From: an uncultured virus (IMG/VR IMGVR_UViG_3300010365_000310)
Lineage: Duplodnaviria; Heunggongvirae; Uroviricota; Caudoviricetes
Reading direction: 5' to 3' (one strand)
IMG/VR virus record: IMGVR_UViG_3300010365_000310
DNA: 20,000 bases
The notes beneath the pieces were generated by a model. That model did not search any database and was not told the DNA's origin. It saw nothing but the letters and a program-made list of their open reading frames with translations. The translations under genes were made by a program, and so were the position numbers. Positions 1 through 8,905 of this stretch are shown piece after piece (the stretch's first letter is position 1; each line of letters opens with the position of its first letter).

Positions 1-243
1 GAAAAAGAATTACCATACATTGATTTTAATAATAAGAACCCTGGAAATGTAATTATTGATTTCATTAAGTCATTCAGGCAAACTGACGTTATAGAAGAAG
101 AAAATGTTACGGTGTTGATGGATTCCATTCTTCATACCTTATTGAATGCAAGGAATGAGATATTGTATAAAGCTTTGACCAGAATACAATCATGTGTGGG
201 TATATGTCAATTACAAGAATTCGAGGAAAATGATTTTTTATGA
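1..243 (+). CDS. Partial hypothetical protein (5' truncated by window edge)
   Basis: Frame 1 is open from base 1 (EKELPYIDFNNKNPG...EENDFL) to TGA 241-243, which overlaps the next ATG (ATGA at 240). Confidence 0.75.
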   Translation, partial: EKELPYIDFNNKNPGNVIIDFIKSFRQTDVIEEENVTVLMDSILHTLLNARNEILYKALTRIQSCVGICQLQEFEENDFL

Positions 244-425
244 AAACTGATAATGAAATGCAAACTACTAAATTAATTGAAGGTAAAATACCTATTGGTT
301 GTGTATGTCCGTTTAAAGATAAGTGTGTAATTCTCGGGGAGTCACAAAAGTGTGGCTCCCCATTTTTCACGTTCAAAAGGAAAGTTCAAAATGATTTATG
401 TGGTGATTGGTGCCAATTATGGTGA
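240..425 (+). CDS. Small Cys-rich hypothetical protein
   Basis: ATGA coupling and GAGGA SD upstream; CxCPFKDKC...C...CGDWC; overlaps the purA-like start by 35 nt. Confidence 0.5.
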   Translation: MKTDNEMQTTKLIEGKIPIGCVCPFKDKCVILGESQKCGSPFFTFKRKVQNDLCGDWCQLW

Positions 426-1536
426 TGAAGGCAAAGGTAACATTGTTTCTTATTTAGCCGAAAAACATAAAGCATCTGCTCCTATTGTAATCAGGCATAA
501 TGGTGGATCCCAAGCTCAACATCGAGTTGTATATAATGGGGATGAATTCATATTCGGTCATATAGGATCTGGTACATTTTCAGATGCACCCACCTTTTTA
601 AGCAAATATTTTATAACCAATCCGTTAATATTGAAAAAGGAATATGACGAACTCATTAAAAAGAAATCACCAACAATCTATGTGGATGCTAATTCGAGAG
701 TTACAACCATTTACGATATGTTTTACAATCAGCATCATGCGAATATGAAAAAACATGGTACGTGTGGTCTCGGTGTTAAAGCTACCATAGATCGTCATGA
801 AGTCATACCTTTGACTGTTGGGGATATTATCAATTTACCACAAAAAAATTTGGTTCTCATTATCAAAGATATATATAAATACTATCATCAAAAAATGAAT
901 TTCGAAAAATTTGATGACAAAATATTCTCTGAAATGTTTAACTATAACTACGAAGAACATGCAATTGATTTATCAAAAATTTTAACTGCTATAACCAAAT
1001 GTCTTTTTGATGACACTCAAATCAGAAAGGTTTTGGATTCAAGAAAAGTAAAAATATTTGAAGGTGCTCAGGGTCTTATGTTGAATCAAAACAATTTCTC
1101 AGAATTTCCTCATGTGACACCTAGCAACACAGGTATTGTAAATGCTGAACGAATAATCTTAAAACACATACCTGGTTCCAAAATAGAATATATATTTGTG
1201 ACTAGAAGTTATTTAACTAGACATGGTAATGGTACATTTAATGAAAATGCTTTACCGGAAACTGTATATGATTTGAGTAATAAGAATAATGAATTTCAGG
1301 GTGCTCTTAGATTTGGCGCAATGAATACAATAGAGTTTAATCAATTTAAAATAAGAGTTATTGATGAACTCGATCGAAGCATATCAGCCGGTAATTGGGA
1401 TATTGATATAAATGTAGCTACGACCCACCTTGATCAAATACCAAATGAAGAACTTAAAGAAATTTCAAAATATATTTCAATGGGCCCTTCTTATAAAGAT
1501 GTTTATGCTAGGTGCTACACTTGGAGGAAAATATGA
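391..1536 (+). CDS. purA: Adenylosuccinate synthetase-like protein (short, divergent PurA clade)
   Basis: GANYGDEGKG P-loop with the catalytic Asp, RHNGGSQAQH, IFEGAQGLML, FPHVTPSNTG, VTRSYLTRHGNG, THLD. Start placed at ATG 391 (AAGGA SD) rather than the ORF-track start at 352. Confidence 0.88.
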   Translation: MIYVVIGANYGDEGKGNIVSYLAEKHKASAPIVIRHNGGSQAQHRVVYNGDEFIFGHIGSGTFSDAPTFLSKYFITNPLILKKEYDELIKKKSPTIYVDANSRVTTIYDMFYNQHHANMKKHGTCGLGVKATIDRHEVIPLTVGDIINLPQKNLVLIIKDIYKYYHQKMNFEKFDDKIFSEMFNYNYEEHAIDLSKILTAITKCLFDDTQIRKVLDSRKVKIFEGAQGLMLNQNNFSEFPHVTPSNTGIVNAERIILKHIPGSKIEYIFVTRSYLTRHGNGTFNENALPETVYDLSNKNNEFQGALRFGAMNTIEFNQFKIRVIDELDRSISAGNWDIDINVATTHLDQIPNEELKEISKYISMGPSYKDVYARCYTWRKI

Positions 1537-1772
1537 ACTTTGAAAATAGAGATACAAGATATGAAACAATCGAGTATATATTTGCCGTGATTGTTATTGC
1601 TTTCGTGGTGGGTTTTGGTGTATACAGAACTTATATCAAATTTAATATCGAAATGAATATGACCGCAACACCTGTGTCGATTACTCTTGAAGGTCATGAA
1701 TTCTGGAAGTCTGGATATTATTTATTGCATAAACCAAATTGTTCATGTAAAGGTGAAAAGCGTGGTGACTAA
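1533..1772 (+). CDS. Small membrane protein with C-terminal His/Cys motif
   Basis: GGAGG SD and ATGA overlap; hydrophobic stretch YIFAVIVIAFVVGFGVY; C-terminal HKPNCSC. Confidence 0.75.
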   Translation: MNFENRDTRYETIEYIFAVIVIAFVVGFGVYRTYIKFNIEMNMTATPVSITLEGHEFWKSGYYLLHKPNCSCKGEKRGD

Positions 1773-2070
1773 GAATCAACCAAATACAATTTCGCAAGAA
1801 ATCTACTGTCATAACTGCGGAGGTTATGTTAAGTTCGATATAGATTTAAATCTAAACGGGAATCATGTTTTGCATTGTCCAAATTGTAAACATGAACATT
1901 GCCGAGTAGTTAAGGATGGGGTAATAACAGGGGACCGATGGGATAGTAGAAACGGACACACATACTCGATAACATGCATTACATACAGAAGTGATTATAC
2001 GGCTACATATAGTTATAAGTGTGGTAGTATATATACCGAATTATGGCTGAATACTACGTCATCTAAATAA
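1762..2070 (+). CDS. Zinc-ribbon protein
   Basis: CHNC...CPNCKHEHC; GTG start at 1762 or 1765 after AAGGTG. Confidence 0.7.
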   Translation: MVTKNQPNTISQEIYCHNCGGYVKFDIDLNLNGNHVLHCPNCKHEHCRVVKDGVITGDRWDSRNGHTYSITCITYRSDYTATYSYKCGSIYTELWLNTTSSK

Positions 2071-2081
2071 GGGGATATTAT

Positions 2082-2429
2082 ATGTGGGCGTTTGAAACCG
2101 AACAAGAAGCAAGAAATTACGCAATCAAAATGCTTGGTAAGCTTAATGAAAAAAATAAACCAGGGTGGAGTGTTCGAACATGGGAAAATTGTGGATGGCA
2201 TTGTACACTGGTTAAAGAAGTTGAAAACAATCACTACACCATAGATTTCCCTCAGTATAACGGTACTTTTTCAGTTGAAGCTTGTGTCGGATGTCATGGT
2301 GCGGATGAAGTATTTTGGGATGAAGATAGAGCGTCGAGTTATTCGGATATTAATGAAGCCATTGAAATCAAGAGGAAAATTATTCAAAATCATATTGATC
2401 TAATTAAAAAGCTTCTTGATAATTTATGA
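2082..2429 (+). CDS. Hypothetical protein
   Basis: AAGGGG SD; 115 aa; stop overlaps next ATG. Confidence 0.8.
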   Translation: MWAFETEQEARNYAIKMLGKLNEKNKPGWSVRTWENCGWHCTLVKEVENNHYTIDFPQYNGTFSVEACVGCHGADEVFWDEDRASSYSDINEAIEIKRKIIQNHIDLIKKLLDNL

Positions 2430-2995
2430 TCACACTTAAATTTCTTATAAATCTACTCTGCTTTAAAAAAGGTGAAACTTATACATTCAATAAGGGTGTT
2501 AATTTAGTAGTAGGAGATCAAGGCACTGGTAAATCCACGCTTTTAGATTGTCTGGGCAATTATGATGAAAAGAAAGTTTCAATTAAAAGTACTGGATTGG
2601 AAAGAACCTTATTTTTAGACTTTGAAAAAGATAATCCCAGACTGAATTCTCATTATTCCAATCCATTGGATTTGATGCTAAGATTTCAATCCCATGGTGA
2701 AAGCGCGAAACATTTATTTTCATTCGTAGATCATGAAGATAATAAAGATACTATTATGATACTCGATGAACCAGATATGGCATTATCTATTAGAAGTTGT
2801 CATGATTTAGCTAAACGACTTAAAAAATATCATGAAGAGGGTCGTTGTATTATAATGTCAGCCCACAATCCTATAATCATTTCATCCATGGAAAATGTCT
2901 TATCCGTTGAGCATAAGAAATGGATGACATCAAAGGAATTCATAGAAAGCCATATGAAACCTAAGAAATCTAATACAAAAAAGAAAATTAAGTAA
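2426..2995 (+). CDS. Stand-alone ABC-family ATPase (COG3910-like)
   Basis: Walker A GDQGTGKST, signature-like SHGES, Walker B/D-loop MILDEPDMALS, H-loop SAHNP. Confidence 0.88.
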   Translation: MITLKFLINLLCFKKGETYTFNKGVNLVVGDQGTGKSTLLDCLGNYDEKKVSIKSTGLERTLFLDFEKDNPRLNSHYSNPLDLMLRFQSHGESAKHLFSFVDHEDNKDTIMILDEPDMALSIRSCHDLAKRLKKYHEEGRCIIMSAHNPIIISSMENVLSVEHKKWMTSKEFIESHMKPKKSNTKKKIK

Positions 2996-3000
2996 CATTA

Positions 3001-3027
3001 AAGGGGCCTTGAAATATAGGCCCCTTA
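3001..3027 (+). repeat. Intergenic hairpin element, copy 1 (AAGGGGCCT-TGAAATAT-AGGCCCCTT-A)
   Basis: Perfect 9-bp stem 3001-3009/3018-3026; 26/27 identical to 8906-8932. Confidence 0.95.
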
Positions 3028-3048
3028 ATCTATTTCAAGGAGAATAAA

Positions 3049-3243
3049 ATGCCAGAAGTGAAGGGGCGAGCCGTTAAGGCTATGAAGTTAAGATTGGTTT
3101 GTGAATGCGGTAAAGATATGGTCATGATTGGAACCATTAAAAGAACTGGTACACTCACAAAGTATAAATATTTTTGTGAACCATGTAATAAAATTTACGT
3201 TTGCAACACCAGCTACCCAACAATAGAATACATAGAAGTTTAA
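3049..3243 (+). CDS. Small zinc-ribbon protein
   Basis: AAGGAG SD; CECG...CEPC; its TAA overlaps the TAA of the convergent gene (TTAA 3240-3243). Confidence 0.8.
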   Translation: MPEVKGRAVKAMKLRLVCECGKDMVMIGTIKRTGTLTKYKYFCEPCNKIYVCNTSYPTIEYIEV

Positions 3244-4118
3244 AGAAACTTCTTTAAACTGTGATTGCCCAATTCGGGTAGTCCAGAGAACATCACGGCC
3301 GTAACCTCGGATGCAATAACGAATTCTTGGTATACTAAAGTGTGAGGCTTGATGTTCATCTTTTTATATGCTTCATGACCTGCCCAAAATGCTTTATGAC
3401 TTCTTGGATCTATTCGATCATACATATACTTATCTTCTGTGTAATCAACTAAACTGGATAATCGTTCTAGACCTTCTTGAGATTCCGTCTTTAAAGATTC
3501 ATTATAAATTTTGACTAGTTCTTTGAAACGACCTTCAATTGTTTTATGAGTCTTATCCAAATTCTCCGACTTTATATTTGTCCAGAATTTCAATAGCTTA
3601 TTTTTTAATAGTGGTGTTATAGTATTACCAAAGTATTCTTCAATGAAATATGTATACCATTCTCTTAATGTCTTAATGACATTTGGATCGGATGAGTATG
3701 TTGCGTGATCATGCGCAAATTTGTGTTGATATTCATGAACTATTATGTCATACAATTCTCTTTGCCCGATTGATCCAGATAGATCTCTGATGTTGGTCAT
3801 TAAAACCACAATTCTTTTACCGTCATAAAATCCTAAAATTACTCCACTATAACCAGTAAAGACATTAAAGAATGTATCAAATATATCACCCAACCAAGAT
3901 TCACTGGTGTATGCTGGTATGAGGCTTTTTTTAGAAATAGCGCTTTGAACTTTAGCTATAGCACCTTGATCCATAATCTTATTCAATTTTAAATTTTTAA
4001 GGAACTCTTGATCTAATTCCTTACTCATGTATGCAATAACTTCACCATTCAATTTTAAATCTTTCTTGTTTTCAAACCAACCACTATAGAAAGATTCAAT
4101 AAGTATTTCTTTATTCAT
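3240..4118 (-). CDS. HExxH (zincin-like) protein, possible virion-associated metallopeptidase
   Basis: 292 aa; GGAG SD on - strand; IIVHEYQH motif plus downstream YQEFVIASE; N-terminal ILIES. Confidence 0.65.
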   Translation of the reverse strand: MNKEILIESFYSGWFENKKDLKLNGEVIAYMSKELDQEFLKNLKLNKIMDQGAIAKVQSAISKKSLIPAYTSESWLGDIFDTFFNVFTGYSGVILGFYDGKRIVVLMTNIRDLSGSIGQRELYDIIVHEYQHKFAHDHATYSSDPNVIKTLREWYTYFIEEYFGNTITPLLKNKLLKFWTNIKSENLDKTHKTIEGRFKELVKIYNESLKTESQEGLERLSSLVDYTEDKYMYDRIDPRSHKAFWAGHEAYKKMNIKPHTLVYQEFVIASEVTAVMFSGLPELGNHSLKKFL

Positions 4119-4172
4119 AATATCTCCAAGTGTTGTAATAATAGTTTGTAATTTCTAATGAAGGAGTTTCCC

Positions 4173-5183
4173 ATGAGTATTATCATCGACAATCAACTTC
4201 ACATTTTCAGCTCTTTTAAAATAGATAAGTCACTACCGAAATATTTCAAACCAATTACACAAGATGACAGCCCTGACGATGAAGCGGATAGTGAAAATGG
4301 GTCTACCAAGTTTCGAAGTAGTATCCGATCTCGTTTATCAGAATCATCAAGAATGTTTTGGGATCCAATGGATCCGGATAATAATGGTATTGAAGTAGAG
4401 ATGGAACCTGGTTTGTGGGCAAAAATGAAAGCTTTCTTTTTTGGCCGTTCTCGCAAGAAAGAAATGTCTTTTGATGAAATTAAAAAAGTTTTTACTTTAA
4501 TTGTAAGCAATATGTCTAAAGTGGAAACGATACTTAAAGAAGATGGAGCCACAATCGATAGAAATTATTTCATTGAATCGATCATCAAATACTCTGAATC
4601 CCTAAGGATCATCAAAGAGAATGGACAAATAGCTCTTTATGATAAGATGGTGTCCGAAACACAAACATTCATTTATGAAACTATTTTGAAATCTTCGGGT
4701 TATGCTAATTATATATCAGAAGAAGATTTGATATCATTTTTGACCAGACACCCAAAACGAAGTTATCACGGTTTCCGTTTGGATTGGCTCAAGAATTATA
4801 TCAGGCTTATTCCTAATCATATCATAAAAGCTAAGAAGTGCCTTGATCAATTAAAAATATTCGATAATTATGTAGTGCTTCATTATGATCCAAATGGCAC
4901 AAACTCGGACCTGACCAAAAAAGAAAAAGAAGAAATCAAAAAAGATCCCATTCTTTTTGGTGTATTCCAGAGTAGTAGGCGGTTGTATTTCATAGGTGAC
5001 TGGGTAGATGAAGTTTGCGATTTGAAGTTCAGTGAAATTATGAGTTATTTCAAAAATAATGACCACAAGAGGCTTGAAATTAATGTTGATAAATATAATG
5101 AATTTTTGGGAGATGTTGCTAAGACAATAAATGAATCAGTTAAGAACGAAGATATTCAAGAAATTATAAAAACTTGGTTGTGA
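4173..5183 (+). CDS. Phage-type hypothetical protein
   Basis: AAGGAG SD before ATG 4173; long ORF with C-terminal FDNYVVLHYDP...KDPILFG...RLYFIGDWVDEVCDL block. Confidence 0.85.
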   Translation: MSIIIDNQLHIFSSFKIDKSLPKYFKPITQDDSPDDEADSENGSTKFRSSIRSRLSESSRMFWDPMDPDNNGIEVEMEPGLWAKMKAFFFGRSRKKEMSFDEIKKVFTLIVSNMSKVETILKEDGATIDRNYFIESIIKYSESLRIIKENGQIALYDKMVSETQTFIYETILKSSGYANYISEEDLISFLTRHPKRSYHGFRLDWLKNYIRLIPNHIIKAKKCLDQLKIFDNYVVLHYDPNGTNSDLTKKEKEEIKKDPILFGVFQSSRRLYFIGDWVDEVCDLKFSEIMSYFKNNDHKRLEINVDKYNEFLGDVAKTINESVKNEDIQEIIKTWL

Positions 5184-5229
5184 TATATAATTACCAAAAT
5201 TGAATTTTGATTTAACCTAGCTAGGATAA
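5182..5229 (+). promoter_or_regulatory. Candidate promoter (GATATATAATTA) followed by two palindromes
   Basis: ATATATAATTA resembles 19952-19961 ATATATATTA; CAAAATT-G-AATTTTG at 5195-5209; TTAACCTAG-CTAGGATAA at 5212-5229. Confidence 0.4.
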
Positions 5230-5250
5230 CACCAAGTAAAGAGGCCTAAA

Positions 5251-5538
5251 ATGTTTGACATTCCTTTTCGACCGTGCGTAAATTGTGGATGGTGTTGCAT
5301 GAAAAGACCATGTTCTTTTGGTGAATATGGTTCAAACGGTTGGTGTAAATTTCTTATTAGAAAAGAAGGAGATACTCTTGAAACCTACATCTGTTCAGAA
5401 TTTGATAGAATCAATAAACACCCAGGAAGCAAATATGAGCCAGCCTTTGGGGCCGGTTGTTGTGTAAGCCTCAACACCCAACGACACAAAATCATTCGAG
5501 AAAGAAGAAATCTTAAAAATGTCCCTACTTCTTCTTGA
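5251..5538 (+). CDS. CxxCxxCC (YkgJ-like) metal-binding protein
   Basis: PCVNCGWCCMKRPC...WCKFL...YIC...GAGCC; GAGG SD. Confidence 0.75.
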   Translation: MFDIPFRPCVNCGWCCMKRPCSFGEYGSNGWCKFLIRKEGDTLETYICSEFDRINKHPGSKYEPAFGAGCCVSLNTQRHKIIRERRNLKNVPTSS

Positions 5539-5713
5539 AAGCTTGCAAAGAAATGTTTTATCTCGAGATGTTTGGGTTTTATCATACGCAAGGTTTAGGG
5601 ATCAAGCCATGGAAATGGGCGTCGATGAAGAAACTATACATCAATTTATCATGGGCCTTGAGTCAGCTAGAGGTAAAAGATTTGCTTCAAACCCCATGTC
5701 GAGTATGTTTTAA
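5519..5713 (+). CDS. Small hypothetical protein
   Basis: 64 aa ATG-start ORF ending at the SD of the next gene; preferred over the alternative frame 5535-5723. Confidence 0.5.
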   Translation: MSLLLLESLQRNVLSRDVWVLSYARFRDQAMEMGVDEETIHQFIMGLESARGKRFASNPMSSMF

Positions 5714-5722
5714 GGAGATATA

Positions 5723-6892
5723 ATGACATCCGAAGAATATTTTAATATCATCAAGACCCTGCTCAAAGATAATAAACTTTTTCATCAGCTTTTTTCAAAT
5801 CTTGATATAAAGCACATCATAGAAAGGCATACTGAACCGCATAGATATTATCACACCATTCAACATGTATTGGACTTATTGTATGATATCAAATCAGACA
5901 AGGATATAATAAGAACAGGCCATCAAAAAGAAATGTTGATGGTTGTTGCTCTTTTCCATGATATACATTATGCACCCGTATCTTCAGGAAATAATGAAAA
6001 CAGAAGCTCTGAAATATTTAAAGGTATGATTATATCGGATGGGACTTTTGATATTTCATTAAAGGAAGATATGAGCAACATTATTTGCATCATACGAAAT
6101 ACCAAATATTCATTAGAAGAAGAATTTACATCCCCCGTAGCCAGAGAAGCATTTGATGCTTTTGTTTATTTTGATTTGATAAAACCATTAACTAAAAATA
6201 TGGCTGGTATCATATCGGATAGAATGAAGATCTTTAAAGAATTTCAGAATGTACCAGTGAGCACATTTAGAAGCGTTAGTTTTATTGTATATGAACGACT
6301 AAAAGGATATATCAAAACTAACTACCCCAATCATTATGATTCGGTGGTTAATAATATTAATTCCATTCAAGAATGGTTAAATGATTTCAGACCCAAGGTT
6401 GGATTCTATCCAGGTTCATTTAATCCTTTCCACAAAGGACATATGAATATTCTGGAAAAAGCCGAGAAAGTTTTTGATAAAGTAATAATTGGTTTCGGTA
6501 TGAATCCAGAAAAGAGTGATCATAGAAAAGATGACGGTGTTAGTATATTACCATTTCACGAAAGAAAAAAATATTACGGGCTTTTGACTGATGTTGTGAA
6601 AGATTTAAGAATCGATGGTTGTGATGTAACATTGATCAGAGGTCTAAGGAATGGTTATGACTTAAATTATGAAATGGTTCAGAATAGATACATCAGAGAT
6701 CTTGATCCAAAACTCAATGTGATATTCATACCATCCGATTATGAATATGATTATCTTTCTAGTTCAAGCATAAAGAGTCTTGGTAAGTTAGCCGATATCA
6801 ATGACTATTTACCAAATAAGTATAAGTATGCATTTGAATACTATTCAAGAGAAATCCCGCACCCGGTTTGGAGCAATATTGATGATGTATAA
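5723..6892 (+). CDS. coaD: HD-domain phosphohydrolase fused to phosphopantetheine adenylyltransferase (CoaD)-like domain
   Basis: N-terminal EPHRYYHTIQH...ALFHDIHY...NENRS (COG4339-like HD); C-terminal FYPGSFNPFHKGH, NPEK, LIRGLRNGYDLNYE, LSSSSIK (PPAT motifs); AAGGAG SD. Confidence 0.85.
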   Translation: MTSEEYFNIIKTLLKDNKLFHQLFSNLDIKHIIERHTEPHRYYHTIQHVLDLLYDIKSDKDIIRTGHQKEMLMVVALFHDIHYAPVSSGNNENRSSEIFKGMIISDGTFDISLKEDMSNIICIIRNTKYSLEEEFTSPVAREAFDAFVYFDLIKPLTKNMAGIISDRMKIFKEFQNVPVSTFRSVSFIVYERLKGYIKTNYPNHYDSVVNNINSIQEWLNDFRPKVGFYPGSFNPFHKGHMNILEKAEKVFDKVIIGFGMNPEKSDHRKDDGVSILPFHERKKYYGLLTDVVKDLRIDGCDVTLIRGLRNGYDLNYEMVQNRYIRDLDPKLNVIFIPSDYEYDYLSSSSIKSLGKLADINDYLPNKYKYAFEYYSREIPHPVWSNIDDV

Positions 6893-7238
6893 AATATTCA
6901 ATCTATTCCTCTTGGTTTTGATACTTTGCCTTTTGGTAGTGAACTTGCATACTTTGGTAGGAATTGAAAATGGTTTGATTAAAGAACCCGTTAAAGAGAT
7001 TGTAGAAGTTAAGGATTTCTTTATACTTTCAAAATCTTTTATACCAGAGTTAACTTCAAATCGGAAACATCTTTTGGTAATTGATAACAATGAGGATTTG
7101 CTTCAGATCGTCAATACTTGCAAGAATATTCGAATTGATTACGCTAACACTTTTGTGATTAAACTTAGCAATAATGAAATAGTAAATTATCAGATTGACG
7201 AAATATTACTCAACGAATCAAAGGAATCAATCAAATGA
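6885..7238 (+). CDS. Membrane-anchored hypothetical protein
   Basis: GGAG SD, ATG at 6882 or 6885; N-terminal hydrophobic IFNLFLLVLILCLLVV. Confidence 0.7.
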   Translation: MYKIFNLFLLVLILCLLVVNLHTLVGIENGLIKEPVKEIVEVKDFFILSKSFIPELTSNRKHLLVIDNNEDLLQIVNTCKNIRIDYANTFVIKLSNNEIVNYQIDEILLNESKESIK

Positions 7239-7912
7239 TGAGAATCGAAATTGATCTTTCATACGAATCAACCCTCGAAAATGATGCTTGTGTTGTACTC
7301 AGTCCTATCTTTGAAATGACCGTTATACGAGAAGGCAAAAAAGATGTAATTTTAGAAGGTGAGCTCAATGAATTAGAAAGCATCCATTCTGATAAGCTGA
7401 CTGATATTGAAAATGAAAAGCTTATGGAATGGGCCAAAAGTAACTACAGCAATTTAAAACGAACACTCATGAGAGACTATCAAGAACTATTCAGAACTGA
7501 TGGTAGTATCTCAGATTGGGCGGAAATTGAATTGTATGATGAGATATATGAAGAAGATGATGGTGGAACCAACCCCGAAATACCTGAAGGTTATGGACAG
7601 GTGTGCGTGATTTGTGGTATGTACATGGGAAAAGATTCCGATATAACGGACTTCGAAAAAATGATTAAAGAAACATTTGATATAGAAGCAAAATATCTTT
7701 GCATGGTACATACATACCCGGATAGAGATTCTTCGGGTAGTAAAGTTGATGGCACCGGTAGTAGATGTGATACATTTTTTACAATTAAAGATTCGGATGT
7801 TGCAAAATTTGCCGTACCGAGATTGCAATATGGTATTAGATGGCTTGAGGATGTATTGAATAATAATCCAAGCATATACCCAGCAAGAATTTCAAAGTTG
7901 AGGAAATGGTAA
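7235..7912 (+). CDS. Hypothetical protein (acidic N-half, likely two modules)
   Basis: 225 aa; ATGA coupling; C-terminal FAVPRLQYGIRWLEDV. Confidence 0.8.
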   Translation: MMRIEIDLSYESTLENDACVVLSPIFEMTVIREGKKDVILEGELNELESIHSDKLTDIENEKLMEWAKSNYSNLKRTLMRDYQELFRTDGSISDWAEIELYDEIYEEDDGGTNPEIPEGYGQVCVICGMYMGKDSDITDFEKMIKETFDIEAKYLCMVHTYPDRDSSGSKVDGTGSRCDTFFTIKDSDVAKFAVPRLQYGIRWLEDVLNNNPSIYPARISKLRKW

Positions 7913-8361
7913 TGGACGAATTAACTAAAAAAGATGAAATCATTAATGATTTAAATTTGCAAATCGAACGAGGTCTCGATGAGCAAATTAAACTCAGAGA
8001 AAGTAATGCTGAGTTGACAAGACAATGCAAAAGTCTTGAATACGCTCTAAATGGATTTTTCAGGGATGGGTTGGATTCAATACGAAGAATCATCGAAAAG
8101 AAAACTAATGATTTCCTATCATCAAGAACAATTATGGATGTCAAATATATGGTCAGCAGGAATGACGATGCTAGACTCTTTATGGTTTTCGATGATGATG
8201 TTTATAATCATGATGATTTCAAAAAAAGATACGTCTTATTCTCTGATTCCGACTTCACCCCGCAGGTTATGGAACGAGAAAAATTTCAAGAAATGTTTAC
8301 TAAGACCAAAGATCTAACCCCAGAAGGAAAGAGACGACTTGACGACAAATATAAAGGGTAA
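7912..8361 (+). CDS. Hypothetical protein with N-terminal coiled coil
   Basis: TAATG overlap and GAGGA SD; heptad-like LNLQIERGLDEQIKLRESNAELTRQCKSLE. Confidence 0.78.
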   Translation: MDELTKKDEIINDLNLQIERGLDEQIKLRESNAELTRQCKSLEYALNGFFRDGLDSIRRIIEKKTNDFLSSRTIMDVKYMVSRNDDARLFMVFDDDVYNHDDFKKRYVLFSDSDFTPQVMEREKFQEMFTKTKDLTPEGKRRLDDKYKG

Positions 8362-8899
8362 TAAGAATGTATTCTTTTGGATCGTCTTTAATGTTGAAGG
8401 ATCAACTGAGCCAATAAAAATATTACCATATGGTTGGTGTTATTGGACTGGTATTGAACATCATGGTATGACCATTATGAAAGTATTTTCATTTGGTTAT
8501 TACCGTGATAAAAAAGATATGCTAAACGATATTTTAAATTATTGGCCAAATTCCAAACAGATTACAATTAAATGTATACGGCATTCAAAGGATCCCGAAC
8601 AAGAACGAATACTCTGTTCAGCTATCTATATTGATGATGGTATTGTTTACAGTGATCCAAGAGTCTTACCCAGCAACAAGAAAAGTGGTATGGTTGTATG
8701 CGGACAAAGGCACCATAACTGCTATGGCATACTTTACCAATTTATGCAAGATAAAGTTAATATACTTAAATCGGAAGAAGGTTTCTTAACATCGAAGGGA
8801 AATTTTCTAACAAGAAGCGAAGCTAAAGAATTAGCATTTAAAATAGGTCAAATAACTAAAACCTCATCCACAACATTAACTAGCGAAGATTTGTGGTGA
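8339..8899 (+). CDS. Phage-type hypothetical protein
   Basis: C-terminal ILCSAI...GQRHHNC...EGFLTSKGNFLTRSEA...LTSEDLW, a pattern I recall from phage proteins of unknown function; TTG start uncertain. Confidence 0.72.
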   Translation: MTTNIKGNKNVFFWIVFNVEGSTEPIKILPYGWCYWTGIEHHGMTIMKVFSFGYYRDKKDMLNDILNYWPNSKQITIKCIRHSKDPEQERILCSAIYIDDGIVYSDPRVLPSNKKSGMVVCGQRHHNCYGILYQFMQDKVNILKSEEGFLTSKGNFLTRSEAKELAFKIGQITKTSSTTLTSEDLW

Positions 8900-8905
8900 T
8901 TTCTC

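Noticed and set aside
391..1536. PurZ / 2-aminoadenine (Z-genome) pathway
   Set aside because: The P-loop is GDEGKG with Asp, not the Ser of PurZ/PurZ0. The HD domain in the window is a CoaD-fused type, not recognisably DatZ.
5535..5723. Alternative TTG-start ORF
   Set aside because: It overlaps the ATG-start ORF 5519-5713 almost entirely and runs through the next gene's SD; it cannot be fully excluded.
5723..6892. NMN adenylyltransferase of an NAD-reconstitution pathway
   Set aside because: RGLR..D..YE and NPEK motifs fit CoaD better than NadD/NadM, and no Nampt or PRPP-synthetase-like gene is in the window.
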